A stretch of DNA of 63,528 bases, counting the filler, from Choristocarpus tenellus KU-1152 (lineage: Eukaryota > Protista > Phaeophyceae): assembly GCA_964200185.2 (NCBI GenBank). It is 9 parts of 9 records of this genome, joined end to end, with 100 filler letters (N's around TTAATTAATTAA, not from the genome) between each part and the next. Parts side by side here need not be neighbours in the genome. Positions count along the whole stretch, not along the records: positions 1 to 12,889 come from CAXNAD020001674.1; positions 12,990 to 16,130 come from CAXNAD020022025.1; 7 more parts are not named here. The stretch is one strand, 5' to 3'. Numbering within the stretch: the stretch's first letter is position 1; every line of letters starts with the position of its first letter. Below, piece by piece: positions 1 to 13,559 of the stretch. The notes beneath the pieces were generated by a model. That model made no database searches. It was not told the origin of the DNA and was given only the letters and a program-made list of their open reading frames with translations. Made by a program: the position numbers and the translations under genes.

Positions 1-187
1 GGGGTGGGGGCGGGGGGGGGGGGGCGGGGGGGCTACATCAGGGTGTCCACTTGGGCCCTGACCAGGAGAAGTGAACTTACATTATCCATCCGATGCATGC
101 CACCAAATCACTCAAAAATCAAGAAATGGAAAAATGGGCCCCAAAAGGACAGCCACCACCCCACCCCCCTCCTCAGATACTTTGACA
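1..187 (+). mobile_element. MITE family A (G/C-rich subterminal tracts), left end cut off by the window start
   Basis: Homologous to 13860-14036, 38416-38594 and 43996-44175; ends in CAGATACTTTGA. Confidence 0.85.
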
Positions 188-532
188 TTTCCCCTTATGC
201 ACCTTGTACTGCTTTAGGTGAGGTAATCAGATCAGCTTAAAAGTATGCATAACTTTCATGGAATGAAGTGTTGCAACCCCCCCCCCCAAAAGTCACAATG
301 TCATGTCGTGTCCACTTCTCCAGAACATTGGAGTCAGTTGAATGGGCATGAACTTGACACTCAAGTACTCTGTTGTACGTTGGAGGTGAGGTAGAGCTTT
401 AGATTCATTCATTGTGCTTACATCATTCCTTCTCGAACCCTCTTTCCAACTCAATGAAAACTGCATGGTGACGCCCTCAAAACGCTCATCATGCAATGTG
501 CTACGAATCTATGGTGGATTTTCCACCAATAG

Positions 533-1898
533 GGATACCAGGCAGCAGGTCCATCATACACAAATCTCTCAGATTGGACAGGCTATGATTGCAGCAAGAG
601 AACATGCTCGACGGGGGATGATCCCAGGTATGACCCTGACAAAAGAACTTTTTATCTTGAGTAGTGACCATAACCTGGTGTTGCAGTTTAGTGTGGCATT
701 ATAGCAGTCTCTGCCGGATCGCTTCCCCAGCGCAACAGGTCTCCTTGCGTGCACATCTTTTGAGAATAGTGTGATCAATGCGGTGCCTCTATGCCATTTT
801 TGTTGTGTCTACTTTGCTGTTAAGTATTCCGAATTCTCCACCTCACTGAAATCGGTTCATCCTATATGCCTAGATGCACTCCTTTGTCCTCCAGTCAGTC
901 ACAGCATTTGCTAGGTTTAAAATGCAAGAAATAAGAAAGGGATGATGTACATCTCCTAGCCCTAATCTTTGCATTCACACTTGTCTCAATAATTGACACT
1001 CACCTAACCATTTGCACAAAACAGAGCAGGACAGTTCAACAATACAGTTTTTGAGCGCCAGAATATCACCTGCCGGGCCAGCAGCATGGGGCAAGTCAAT
1101 GGCACCTTCTCCCTCTCCTTCCGGCAGGACACCACGCCTCTCATCGCAACCAATGCCACCCTAGAGGAGTTTGAGGAAGCTTTGGAGGCACTGACCACCA
1201 TTGGTGACATTGAGGCAAGTCCCTTGACTATCCCATCCCTCTGCAGAAAGTTCATTCTGGTGGTGTTCTCACCCTGTAACCCTAAACTTCTATACATTTT
1301 GTGCTCTGATCACCCCATCCCCAGAGAACCTTATCTCCTCCTGGCTCTTCTTGGTCAAACACCAACGCTGCCACAAAATTCGGTTGATTCCTACTCCGCT
1401 CTGTCCTTTGCCTATCACATCAAAAATATATTACAGTAGGATAGAGTTACATTCACGGATTTCCGAGAAGAACAGAAGAGTAATGCCCTTCAACAAATCT
1501 GTGTCCTTCAACTTCACCCCATTTTGATCTGTCCTTAACCTGCTGAGCAGATCACGATGTCCGGGGCTGGGGCCTCCGCTGGGGCAGCAGTGTGCGACAT
1601 GGATGGTGATGTGTCTGTCTCTGTTGTCTTTAAAACTGAGCTGGGAGATCTTCCCCTCTTGATGTTGGCCTCCTCCACTACCAGTGTTATTGATGTGACC
1701 ATGGTTGAGGTTACAAGGGGGACTAAGCTTGACCTAGAGTGCTCAAGGCATGGGCTATGTGATGATGAGATCGGTGAGTGTCTCTGCTTTGATGGGTGGG
1801 CTAGCAGTGATGGTGATGGGCATGTCGGGCATCGCATGGACTGTGGGTGGCAGCCAGGAGACCAGGAAGGTGTTCTAGGACAAACTACGGAGAGCTGA
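533..1898 (+). CDS. 3' exons of an EGF-like/tenascin-type (mastigoneme-related) cysteine-rich protein; exons 533-627, 1025-1214, 1551-1898
   Basis: Phase-consistent splicing (2 then 0) gives ...WTGYDCSKRTCSTGDDPR-AGQFNNTVFERQNITC...IGDIE-ITMSG...TKLDLECSRHGLCDDEIGECLCFDGWASSDGDGHVGHRMDCG...*. The GYDCS.RTC..GDDP and CS.HG.CD...G.C.CF.GW.SSDG motifs are typical of stramenopile EGF-repeat proteins. Intron 2 needs a GC donor. Confidence 0.8.
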
Positions 1899-4427
1899 AC
1901 CAGAGCTGGTTGGGTAACCCAGCAACACTGGTGCCCTGTCATCATCTAATCTCTGGGATTCCAGTTTTGAGTGGAGCAGATGTTCTCACAATCACAGTTG
2001 GACACACACCCAGAGAAAAACATTAGTTCTGTCTATTGAAATATTTTGGGCTCTAGGAAAGTATTTTTCCTCCACATTATATCTCAGGGACACTTCAATC
2101 TGTGTTCTTACGCTACATATCCTAACTCCATGCACTACTCCATTTTCGTACGTGCATTTGAGCATCAGGAGGATACAAATACACGTAACACCTCCAAGAT
2201 GTTACAGCAGATATTATTGTATATGGAGGAACAGATCATCCCGTGAGGTGTTGCACATATATGCGGTCAAGTTTCCAATGTCATACAACAAGCCAGACAT
2301 CATGGCCGTACCAAAAAAATTGCATCAATACTGGTATTACCTTATTTTCATTATGTGCAACTTCCTACCCAGCAACAACTGGGTCAAGGTCAACAGTAAA
2401 CTAAACTCTAATGAACAGCACACTAACTTCACTCCTGCGCAGATGACACATACTCATCCACAGACACACAAAGCATCGCGCGTTTACAAATGACAGTACA
2501 TCGTGAAAACGTTTGCAGTATGCACAGCATAACACCTCCCCACATTGCACCATTTATGCGATAGAAGTAGTGCAATGTGGCCAAATCCAGTTGTCTTGCT
2601 CCCAGTTCAAATGCAGTCACACAAGTGTGGTCCATATACTAGAAAGAGTAGAGTTGTGATCGTGAAGATTCAACCGAGTCGGTTTGTTTATCAAAGAATA
2701 ATCAAGATTGCAATTGAACCTTTCTCACATGAATGCATGATTCGCAATTCACTGGCACTTTGCACATGTACCTTTGTATGGCAACCGCACACTTCAATTT
2801 CAATCAACTACGACAAACCATTTATTTATTTTTTTAACGTTGGTTTATGGTGCACTCATAAATTCATTCAAGTTACAACTCTACAACATCAGGACACAAA
2901 AATGGGAATTGGACGGCAGGGGAGCGATAAATGGGAAGTTGTGAAACCCGTAGCATTTTTCGTCATACGCATACATATGTCAAAGCAATTGTATTGTGCA
3001 TCTAGTGAGTAGTACATTATAAACAAATAATCACATTGAATTCAGACACATAAATATATGTGCCGGGCACCAGCAGGAGGAAGCAGGAGTCCTTGTGAAG
3101 TCATTACAATCAGTTTGTAATCCTCCTCTGACACCAACATTTTCAGAGCTCAACAAAGAATTCCCATCTTCACCTGTAACACCGCCCTCCACAAAAGAGT
3201 ATTATTAGAGTCACAATTCACCACAGTCATTCATCAACACCAACAAAGAAGGCACTCAACGTTGATCCCATGTTCGAGGCAGGCGGTCAGGGAAGGGTGG
3301 TGGACAAAAACCAACTGAAGGTCACAAGCAACTGAAGTGTAACGAACAGGCTGGTGTAATAACAATAATCATACCCCAATCAGGGATGTAAACTGAGCTC
3401 CAGTTTAGAGCAGGAGGCCGACTTTACAGAGAAATCAGATATTTCAAGGAATAAAATATGAAGGGGTCAGTAGTTTGGTATGACACCGTAAGGTGTATCC
3501 ATGATGCCAAAAGGTACACAGTATACCAGCAATGATTTCTTCACAGTGATACTGTTCCAACAACCGAACAGAAATCTATTTACACCCCTGATCCCAATAT
3601 TCCATACCCACAGTCATCACAAAAGCTGATAACTTTGCAATACAACCCCCAAACACGGAACATCAGCACCTTCACAGACAGGCAGTCACCGAGGTGAACT
3701 CATCCTCTGCTTTGAAGGGATTGTAGGTGGCTTCAAGCCCCCGCCCTTGCCACCTCCTGCCAACGCATGCCGTGGCCTAGAGCCTGCTGCTTGGTGATTG
3801 CTGTCCCTGCTCCCCAAGGCGCCAAGTGAGGGATACAGTTGGACTGTGATCAGATGGACTTTAGGTAGGAGTGGCTAAGAGCAGAAAAGCTCAGAAGCAC
3901 CACATGATGGCATGGCCCCTACTGCCCAAACCATCAAGATCAACAAAGCACAGGTATCGATTTGATCTTGAGGGAGGGAGGGCATCAGGGTAATGAACCA
4001 GAAAAGCAGTCACATTTTCACCCTCCCGTGAAGGTACACCACATGCCTGTATGCAGCCATAACAGGAAGCGCCAAATAATCACATGCTAAGCTGCGGTCC
4101 ACACTGATGGGCCAATACAGGTATATTCTGGATCACAAACCACTTTTTAATTCTCCGGTTGGTTACATTGCACTTAACAGCCAAACCTCTCAAAATTAGC
4201 ATAGAGCAGTATCCCTACACATGCCAGCAACTATCACTTCCTGTACAACCAGTAATTTAGTTTTCCATGGTCAGCCACAAGCAGCAACTTATTTGTTCCA
4301 AAACCAATGATGAAACCAATATCACCAGTCATATTTCCTGCCTACCCTTCCCATTTCCTCATCCTTCCCTCCCTTAAGGCATACACCCCCCTCCCCGCCT
4401 CACCCCCTGCATTTCCCCAATGAAGAC

Positions 4428-6747
4428 TCACCCAACTGTGTATGATTGTCTCTGGTGTCCTGCGCCTGCTGCTGCTGTTGCCCTTGCTCGCCTTTTCCTC
4501 GGGCTCCCTCTCACTGATCTCCGCTCTCTTTCATCAAGGTACCAGTCTGCTGCCCAATCCCCACTTTTGTGACTGGGCGAACTTGACTCCTCTACCTGTG
4601 TGCCTGCTTCAACCTCTGTCCCAGCCATCTCTGGCCTACTATCTCCCTCTGTCATCTCCCTACTAACCCTTGATGCATCTGTTTTTGTAGCAACTTCAAC
4701 ATTGCTGCTGGTGTCTGCTGCGACCAATCTTACTGCTACAGTTGCCTCTGAAACCGCTTTGCCCTTTGCATCTCTTGACCTCTGCCTCCTTTGTTCTTCA
4801 TACATACATCTCAATCTTGCCCTCTCTTTCCTCCACTCCATCTGGTCAAAGAGAAGGCGATCGGGGCAGTATAACCGCATCCACTGCACAAGAGAAAAAA
4901 TGTACTCAGCATTGTATGAGGTGGGCAAAGGAGGGGTAGCAATGAACATTTGCTATGTCCTGGATAGCGTTGCTGTGAGCGCCAGGGCTAGGGTGGAAGG
5001 CTTAGTACTAGACTGACTTCACAATAGTTTCCTCAACTAAATTCTAAACCGTTCATGTGTAAAGCTTAATTCTTGTACTACATAGGGAGGAAATGGAAGA
5101 GTCATGACATGGCCACAGACAACACTAAAACGGTCGTAGTCGTTTTCCTTTCACACAGAAAAAAACTGAAAATTTCCTTTGCCCACCCTTCTGACTCCCC
5201 CATACCTCCCCTACCCAGAGCTTGCTTCCGCTCTCTACTGATCTCAACAATCCTTGAAACCCTCCCCATACCACTACCCTGTGACTCCTTCCATCCCCAC
5301 CTGTTGAGTGGCAGGGCTGAATCCCATTGGGGTGTAAGCGTGCTGCCACCCCAAGACCCCAAGATGCACCACAATCAGGCGGAAATAGCTAGAGAACCCA
5401 TCTGCCATGAAGTGCCATCTTGAAGGTATTTCAGAGTCAATGTGGTCAATTGGGGACAGTAGAGGTCAACATGAGTATAAACAGCACTAAGCCCCTAGCT
5501 GCTCTTGCATTTTACATGTGAGTCTTGTGCTGAGCACAAACAAGCACAGGCACTCTCAACAATGCACAACAAGCACGACTCCCACATACCAGCTATTGGT
5601 TGTACTATCATAAAGGCATTTTGGGGGCAGGGATGAGAGACTGATGAACCAAAATAACACTTTGAGGGGGCATCAATTTCACCAGAATGAGCATGAGATA
5701 CGAGGTGCACACGAAAGGCAGGGCAGGGGAGAGAGGGATTCACCCGCAAGCTAGGTCCTGCAGCCAGATTGCCGGATTCGCCAGTCCTCTCGCCAACCCC
5801 TCCCTTCGAAGCTCCCCTGGCTGCACACTAGCAGGAGTTTTGTAAACAAGTGCCACCCTGCCCACGTCTGAGTGGGAATCAAGGGCGAAAGCGGCAACAC
5901 TGAAACCATCTTTACGTTCATAGGACTCATATCTTTCATTTCCACCTATGTTACAGCTGCCTCGATCATGTACTGGGGCTGGAGAGGTGGTAAATCCGTT
6001 ATCAATGCTACAATGGAAAGCTGGGGGAAGTTCAGCAAAGATTTTAAGGTCGTCGGCATCCAGCGGAATGCGTTTCATCTCTGAAATGCGGTTGACGTGC
6101 AAGTGACCCACTCTCCCTTCACGATTGTCACGTAGGGAAGCTCCCCAGGACAAGGAGAAGCCATCCGATGACGCCAGAAAGGCACGAAGGTCGTCTGGAA
6201 GTCTTTTCTTGTTGGTAGAGACAAAATAATCGGGGTGTGGGATGGGTAAGAGTGTGAGCAAGGAACAATGATGGCCAGACGGGACGCAACTTGGGAAGTT
6301 ACCCATCGTCTAGAAGGCCTACTCACCAGTTCGATTTAGTTTGAGAGATGTGAGGAGGGTTCTCACACCTTGCGACCGGAAGTGTGAGACCATACAAGGT
6401 GTTGGGAAGGTCCCCCCACGAACGCACCTACCTATATGGATAGTTGCTATCCTCCCAATCTTGGAGAGCAGCCGGCGGTGCTGGCTTCAAGTCCTCCATT
6501 TTGATGGATCGGACGCCTTGATCACGTAGGTTCTCGAGATGTTGCAAGAAATCGAAACCCAGGCGGAAGATGAAGTCACGATGTCCCTGAGGGAGGTTCA
6601 GGGTTGCATCCTGTTAGTGCATCGGTAGGTGAAAGACTAGCATATACAAAACTTGAAAAGTCGAAGATTATCCCCATATTCTGAGCACTGCATCATTAGA
6701 AACCAATGTCGATGAACCTGTGGGACGCTGCAAACGTTGTCATCCAT
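4428..6747 (-). CDS. TPGS2: Tubulin polyglutamylase complex subunit 2-like (SMI1/KNR4 fold); exons 6747-6718 (tentative), 6610-6432, 6202-5744, 5418-5301, 4883-4428
   Basis: The spliced product contains LQDWEDSNYPYRLPDDLRAFLASSDGFSLSW, AAFALDSHSDVGRVALVY and IWLQDLACGWHFMADGFSSYFRLIVVHLGVLGWQHAYTPMGFSPATQQWMRLY, matching the TPGS2 motifs WEQKN..MPEDVKNFY..TNGF..W, FELD....GKVCLVY and IWFLDR...WHFL..TF..YYRL...HLGL..WQYAFT..G.SP...QW. All introns are GT-AG and phase-consistent. Confidence 0.85.
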
Positions 6748-7612
6748 CCTCAAACACTGAAGAATAAATCATCTCTGTCAAGATATTTTGTTGGACTGTT
6801 TGTTAGACTCACCACAATCTACATTATATTTTTCACTTGCACAAAGTATAACAACTCTAATACGTAGTCTACCTTGAATGGAAAAATAAGGGATATTTTG
6901 ATTTTTTTGGAAGGTAGAGTCCTTACAACAAATTTGATCAAACTCATTTTATTAGTGTGAAGAGTGTACTTTCATTGGTCAGTTCAAATATCAGGTTGAA
7001 ATTTGTATGTGATTTCTTCAGCGAGTCCAAGGAGGATCAAAATCGGTGTTGTGAATTGAAAGGATTGTGAGTACAGTGTATATAGAGGGTGTACCTATAT
7101 AAGAAAAGAGGGTGGGGCAAGCAAAAGAACCCTAAACCCCTCTCTTATTGTGTATAAGAGTTATTTTCTCTTAAACCGAGGGATCATGATAAAAGAAACC
7201 TTAGTGGCAGTTTAAACTTGTCCCAGAACGACGACAGAGCGACGCCCTTGCTCTATGTGCTTTTTATGTGCCTTCAAGAGTAGTCACATGTAGATATGTA
7301 TTGAACATTGCCCTCAGTGAGCCCATTTCGATGAAGCACCACATCTACACCACCACTACACAGTATGCCAGTGTCAGATGTATACAGTACTGTAACTTTG
7401 GTAAATTGCACTCATTACGATGTATTCAGCCATATGTATAGTACACCTTCCCGAGAAAAGCATCAATAAGCCGTTTGTTGGCTGGACAGGCGACTCGCAG
7501 CTCAAATCAAATCAACGTTCAAAGCCAATCTCCCTTTGTTGGCCTGCCCTACATACTAAATTGCACTCTACCAGGATATTATCCAGTACAGTATCAAAAA
7601 CTCCAGTGTGGA

Positions 7613-8900
7613 TCAAATACAGCTGCACCGACATGCACCCCCCATCGCATGCACTGAGCAAAACAACTTACTCACTGATAAAAAAATCGTGACTGGCAAA
7701 AAAATCGCGGATGTGTCCCGTTGTTTGATTGCGCTTGCCCCAAATGTACTGAGCCAAGCCAGCTTTGCTTTCCGGAGAAAGTACGAAATATCGTCCATGC
7801 TGCACTCTTCGGCGGTTGATTCTAAACTTGCAAACTCGTCAGCTACTTGAGAGTACGGCGGTGGAGGAATCGAGAACACTGAAGAGACTGCTCCTTTCCT
7901 CACAGCTCCCGATGCGTTGCCCTCTCCCGTAAACCCATCGTCATCCAACTCACCCGAGCTTTCATTGTCTGACTGGTACAAGGATTCCTCGAGCAGCTGG
8001 TCTCCCATGTCCTCTAGTATCGCATTGGCCACTTCATCGTTGTCTTCCACACCAATCCACGCTCTCACTGCGTTGATAGAAGCATGAGATGTTCGTGGAT
8101 GGTAGGACTGATACATTATAGACACCACCAGTGGAGTAGATTAGGGATGTGATAACAGATTATCAGTTCAGTATCATATATGGTACATATGATCCAGTGA
8201 TAGTATTCTTTACTGATTATCCATGTGGACGTTGCAAATCCCACATGGTAGTCTACACCTGTCTCACCCCGCAAGTTCTGTCAGTGGAATTGAGACTACA
8301 AGCCCCTTGCAACACTAACATTATATATTCACACCAAGCTACTTATTGTCCTCTACCAAGGCACATGATTGATCATCATAGCCGCGGGACCAGTGTGCTA
8401 CATAAAACGTTTTTCCGCCAGGATTGAGGTGCAAAGCATCAGGAGCATCGGAGAGATCCTCATTAATATATAGGGACACCTTGTGGGACGGATCTCTACA
8501 AGCAAAATGGGCACCCGTGATACTACCGTACACAGTACAGACATACATTGCGACAGAAAAGCTGGCAAAATTTCAATAAATTCAATCATGATCCTCACCA
8601 GCAGACAGCGCAGAAAGACAATTCAATCACGATTACAATCAACCTACTTTCAGACTTTCAATCCACACTCTGACACACCTCGACATGTTTGGCACCCCTC
8701 ATAGACTTGGCTATATGCTTCAACGTCTGCGCTTTCTCCATGATGGTTCTTGTCCCCTTCTTCGACTTGTAGAGGGTGCTCTGACCGATTCCAAACTTGT
8801 CAGCAACTGCAGTTCCAATCATGGTCTTCAGAATTATCAATGCTTCTTCCATGTGCTCCATTATCCCACCACCAGCAGTTGAACCCCTCCAACACACTGC
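7613..8900 (-). mobile_element. Degenerate pogo/Tigger (CENP-B-like) DNA transposase remnant
   Basis: N-terminal HTH-like VADKFGIGQSTLYKSKK (8658-8897) and C-terminal PPPYSQVADEFASLESTAEECSMDDISYFLRKAKLAW...KQRD (7613-8128) resemble algal pogo transposases. The middle is broken by stops and frameshifts. Confidence 0.65.
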
Positions 8901-9079
8901 AAGAGAGGCTCTTTGAAACCCCTCTTATGTCTTTTCTGGGAACTGCCCCGCTTCAATATGGGTAGTACATGTACGTGGGCTTGGTTCCACAACAGGACTA
9001 TTCTCTCCCTTCTGTGCCCCTCCTCCACAACACCTTAGACTTCGTTCCAACTACACCGAACTTCGAATGTCCTAATACT

Positions 9080-9330
9080 CATTCTCTGGAATGAAATGAA
9101 GAATTTTGGTTTTCAAGCCTAAGCAAGTAGCCAGGATCTGATTCCATTCATATTATCTCGACTACCTATTCTCACCCTCAGTGTACTGGGCAATGTTCCC
9201 ACTTGTATATTCCAAAGCAGTTAATAAAATCAGTCATCCTGCATCTTCGCGTATGGCATTTTGCTTCCACATGTTGGTGCTGTAGGCTTACACTGCTTTC
9301 TCTAGCTTCACTCGTAGATTGTGGAAATAG
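9080..9330 (-). mobile_element. Possible LINE apurinic-endonuclease remnant
   Basis: Frameshifted AYAPT-like motif (gcctacagcaccaaca on the minus strand) followed by a RDNMNG-like segment; heavily decayed. Confidence 0.3.
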
Positions 9331-10617
9331 GGATGACTAGAGAAACTGTCTCATTTTTCTCACCCTTGAGAGTCGTCTATTCTTCCATGATGTGCGCTCC
9401 GGTGACTTCTTTGCCAGACTCATCACCTGTATAGCAAATTAACCTCTTTGACCCTCATAGTCTTAACCTCAAAATATTCCCAGTGGAAAGCTTTGGGTGC
9501 CTACATACACAGGCATAGCAATTCCTGGATTAGCTGGCAACTCATGTAATGGGTGGTAGGGGGGTTGAGGGCTTTAGTAGGAAGGGGAGTGAAGGCTCGC
9601 CTGTGACATTTTTTTTCCAGATACTCTACAAATAGGGCTCCTGGTTTCATGTAGCTCTTAAACTGGAGACATCGGGTCTGTGGACCAGATGGGGCTTGAC
9701 TGAGTAGTCGGAGTCTTCCCAAGCCTCTATACCGCCTTCGTATTCATACTATACGAAGACGGCCTACAAGCAAGGGAAGACTCCTACAAGTGTCAGCTTA
9801 GGAACAGTATATTCTATTATACATTGGTTGTCTTGGAAGGTTTCTTGTTTTTCTTGTTTTTCTTGTTCTTTAATACGCTGCAACTATTGTTAATGTATCA
9901 AAAGGACTTCCTGTAGGAGTTACAGTCCGTTGTTGCATTTCCTGTATTTTTTATGTTATGTATGTTTCTCTTCTTTTCCCTACAAGACTAAATCTCCAAA
10001 ATTCCGCAATGAAATGTACCAATGTAATATTCCTTTTCTGATCACAGTGTTTTACCACATTTCACTGGAATATCCAAGTATCCAACCCTGTAAACCTAAT
10101 CAGTTATCCATTACTTCACAATGCACGTACTATACGTAGGTACGTTCTTTATGTAGAACTCGACATCCATACCTTATTCAAAACAAAAACACCTCTCCTT
10201 CAACTTCAACCTTTAACCTTTAACCCCCACATCCTACCTTACTGACTGGTATTGTGTTGGTGTAAGGTGTTCTTTGTAAATTTTGACCCCCTTAGAGAGC
10301 GCGTACCCAATTCCGTTTGGGACATTGGGATTAATCATAGGTACTATTATTTTCATCTTAAACATCTGCAAAATATCTGTAGCCTATCAGATATTGAGAT
10401 ACTACTCTTCCACCTGCGTAGACAGTCGCGCACTAATGGAACTGTGGTATTTCAATGTCTTGGTATAGGGACAATGATATGGGTACTATTTAATACTGTA
10501 AAGGTTGACACAAGGTTACAAAATATGTATCAAGAAATCGTCAGACCAACGAATTTGGGGCTAAATCGGAGATTTCTGTCGATTGAAATTGGAGGTGTTG
10601 GTGGCAACAGAATATTG

Positions 10618-10618
<1 letters not shown>

Positions 10619-10645
<27 letters not shown>
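10619..10645. repeat. (TA)n microsatellite
   Basis: About 13 perfect TA units. Confidence 0.9.
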
Positions 10646-10649
<4 letters not shown>

Positions 10650-11094
10650 AATCCTTGTCTCATTCTTTTTCTTTGGTTTCTCGTCTGAAATCGACGACAT
10701 TACTCAGGGTTAGTGGGTGGTGGTTGGGAGGTACCGCGCAGTCATTGCCTAGCATTGAGTAGCCAGGACCCAGTCAAGGTTGTAAAAAATATGTTGAAGG
10801 AAAGAAGGTGATTATATTGGTGAGGCAATTTAGCAACTGGCAATGTGGCCCTGCTGTGTAGTCTTGTGGGTGCCGCTACCCACAGTCAAAGGGGAGGTCG
10901 CATTTCTGTAAGAGATGTGGGAAGATGCTACACAAAATCTCGCATGTGTGTACTTTCAAAAGTTCAATGCACGTGAGGACTCAAGCTTTTTAGAGGGCTA
11001 ACTCTGTATTCCTACGCGGAGGGCGGATACTGTTGACTCTTTTATTGAGTTCAGGTTAATAACTTTATAACAGTCTCCAACTCCCCCCACTAGA

Positions 11095-11377
11095 TATCCA
11101 AAGCATTTCAGAGGGTAGGAGTTTACTCCTGCTTGTTTGTTCGGGGCTTAGCTTCCCACGGGGTTTTTTGCCCTTTTTTCGGTTTTCTGTGAAAACAGTT
11201 ACCTATTCCGAAACATTCGGAGTAGATAAAATGTACACGACTATGAAAGGTGTGTCTGGAGCAAGGATATTGACCCTTGCTAACAAACACGATGATAGCC
11301 AATATTACTTTAAAATCGCAACATTGGATTTATGACCCCAAACGGACACGGCCCTACTCTCCGAAATACTTTGGATC
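11095..11377 (-). mobile_element. MITE family B, diverged full copy, TSD AGA
   Basis: aga|TATCCAAAGCATTTCAGAGGGTAGG...CCTACTCTCCGAAATACTTTGGATC|aga; internal sequence homologous to 37917-38175. Confidence 0.8.
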
Positions 11378-11721
11378 AGAGGTGCCTCGTTGTGTGTACA
11401 GTATTTGACACCTTTCTGATACAGGTATGCGACTAAATTTATACTCGAAGGGTCTAAAGGTCTCGAGATCTACGTTCTTTCTGTGTTATGTACGATGTGA
11501 ATCATGACACCTCAATCGACTTCAATTAATCGGAAAAACCGTATAACTGAAAGGTTATTCGATTGTTTTTTTCATAACAATACGACCAGAAGTGAGTCAA
11601 AGTACATAAACGAGACGTACCCAGATTTGCATTCTTAGGGTATTGGCAATACATACAAACCGAATATCTGAACTGAAAGAGTATGGTTATTCAGTTATTT
11701 TTTCACAAAACCATGACAAGT

Positions 11722-11978
11722 GAGTCGAAGTAAATGAGAGATACGCAGATTCGCATTTTAAGGATGCTTACAAATATGTACAAATTTTGGCTTTTTACAA
11801 TTGTGTGTAGGATATTTTCCAAATTGTGTCGAAAACTTTCAAATAATAGATAAATCAACTTTCTCACCCCATAGTTTACCCCACATCCATTCAAATATGA
11901 GTGAATTGTAAAAGATTGAATAACTGGGTTATAATGTAAAAATACCTAAAACTGGATACCTCTCGTTTACTTTGAGTC
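11722..11978 (+). mobile_element. MITE family C, full copy, TSD AGT (a partial copy starts at 11594)
   Basis: agt|GAGTCGAAGTAAATGAGAGATAC...GATACCTCTCGTTTACTTTGAGTC|agt; homologous to 31680-31940. Confidence 0.85.
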
Positions 11979-12889
11979 AGTCTGGCAATGAACGTGTCCG
12001 GGGTCATAGAACCACATATTCGTTACAGGGTTACCAGCCACAGCTTACTACACATTTCACTGTTGTTCATGGGATTGAATCTGACTGCTCACACCTCTGG
12101 AGGCCTTGGAGTTTTTGGTTTGGGACGCCACACCCCAATCGTCTACGTACGTGCACGCATTTCGCATCCATTTCAATCTGCTTAGACAAGATTTTGTCGA
12201 CTCAATTTCGTCATTGTCCAAAAAATCTTTCGTTTCACAACACTACATAATATATACTTATTAATATTCCCTCTAACTTTATGGAGATATGTTGGGGAAA
12301 ACCCCAAGTTGTATTATTAAAAGGACTATAATAATAGCTCTACAGTTTAGGCAGTCGCCTCATACATCAACTTTGTCGTGCCGTAACTTTTGATCAACAA
12401 TGATTTTTTTCATTAAAATTCGTTTGTTGCAATCGCACCAGCACGCCTAACCTTTTTGATGGATCCCAGTTGTTGAACTTGTAGTAATCGTGAGAAATAC
12501 AGGACCAAACTAAACTCAAGTAGTCCGCGCGCGCGAACCGCATATTTGAGGATGATTTGACGCCTGAAGAGCCAATCTTCACCTGGAGAACATGGGCGTT
12601 GTTGTCTCTCCATTTTCTTTCCATTATTTCCCGTTTATGCAATGTTGCCACCTGCTGGCTAAGGATCACTCATGGGGGACCAGGCCTCTGAACAAGACCA
12701 TGCCAAGTCAAATGAGGTATTTTGAAGGTGCAGGCCTCCTGTGAGACTTAAATGTCTTGTACACTCTGTCCAATTTGGTGCAACTCCATGCCTTTCTCGT
12801 TGGAATATATCAGGTGGTAAGCAATACTTAACCTGACGAACCTCTCCACAATTACTTTGGACAGCCCCCCGTCCTCCTTAAGACTGACA

Positions 12890-12989
12890 NNNNNNNNNNN
12901 NNNNNNNNNNNNNNNNNNNNNNNNNNNNNNNNNTTAATTAATTAANNNNNNNNNNNNNNNNNNNNNNNNNNNNNNNNNNNNNNNNNNNN
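12890..12989. other. Artificial contig linker (also at 16131, 19029, 22517, 29978, 32965, 41897 and 57539; 100 nt each)
   Basis: The identical N-run-TTAATTAATTAA-N-run occurs eight times; TTAATTAATTAA gives stop codons in all six frames. Confidence 0.97.
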
Positions 12990-13559
12990 CTTTTTTCGGG
13001 CATACACAGGGGTGAACAAAATCGGGGTAGGTACTGTACAAAACAAAACCAAAACAAACTCCCGAAATGTCGTATCTTCTTGTAAGATAGCGAGTATGTT
13101 TGTTCAGTCTGACTGTACCTGCCTTCAAGATGGAGACTCTATGTCATCACCCACAAAATCGAGATGGCGAGTTCAGGCATTGCACATTCGACCTACTAAC
13201 AACCATATAGATATGTTTTACCATGGAGGGATTGTTAGTAGTGAAAAATGCCAGTATTGTTAGGAGTGACATAGAGGATTCAAAAAGGTTGGAGATGTTT
13301 TCGCAAATACAATTCAAGTTTTCGAGACAGAACTTGAGTTCTTAAGATTGAATGTTCTTCAAAGTTCAAGTACTTCTACTTTTGTTATGTGGTTGTATGA
13401 CAAACACTCAATTAGTATAATTATCTGGAGCTTGGCTCACACCTTCACAACTTCCTCCTCCACTTCGAAGGTTTCCACAAACGGAACACACCGAAAATGT
13501 CCTATGTTACAGAGGAAGATATTCTTCTTATGAAGAGTGTGTGTGAGAGTATCGACGTA

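Noticed and set aside
324-386. Possible upstream exon of the EGF-like gene (HWSQLNGHELDTQVLCCTLE)
   Set aside because: The splice signals are plausible, but there is no recognisable motif to support it.
4442-5016. Plus-strand ORFs 4442-4666 and 4600-5016, and the minus-strand ORFs overlapping 23514-24686
   Set aside because: They are antisense shadows of real exons.
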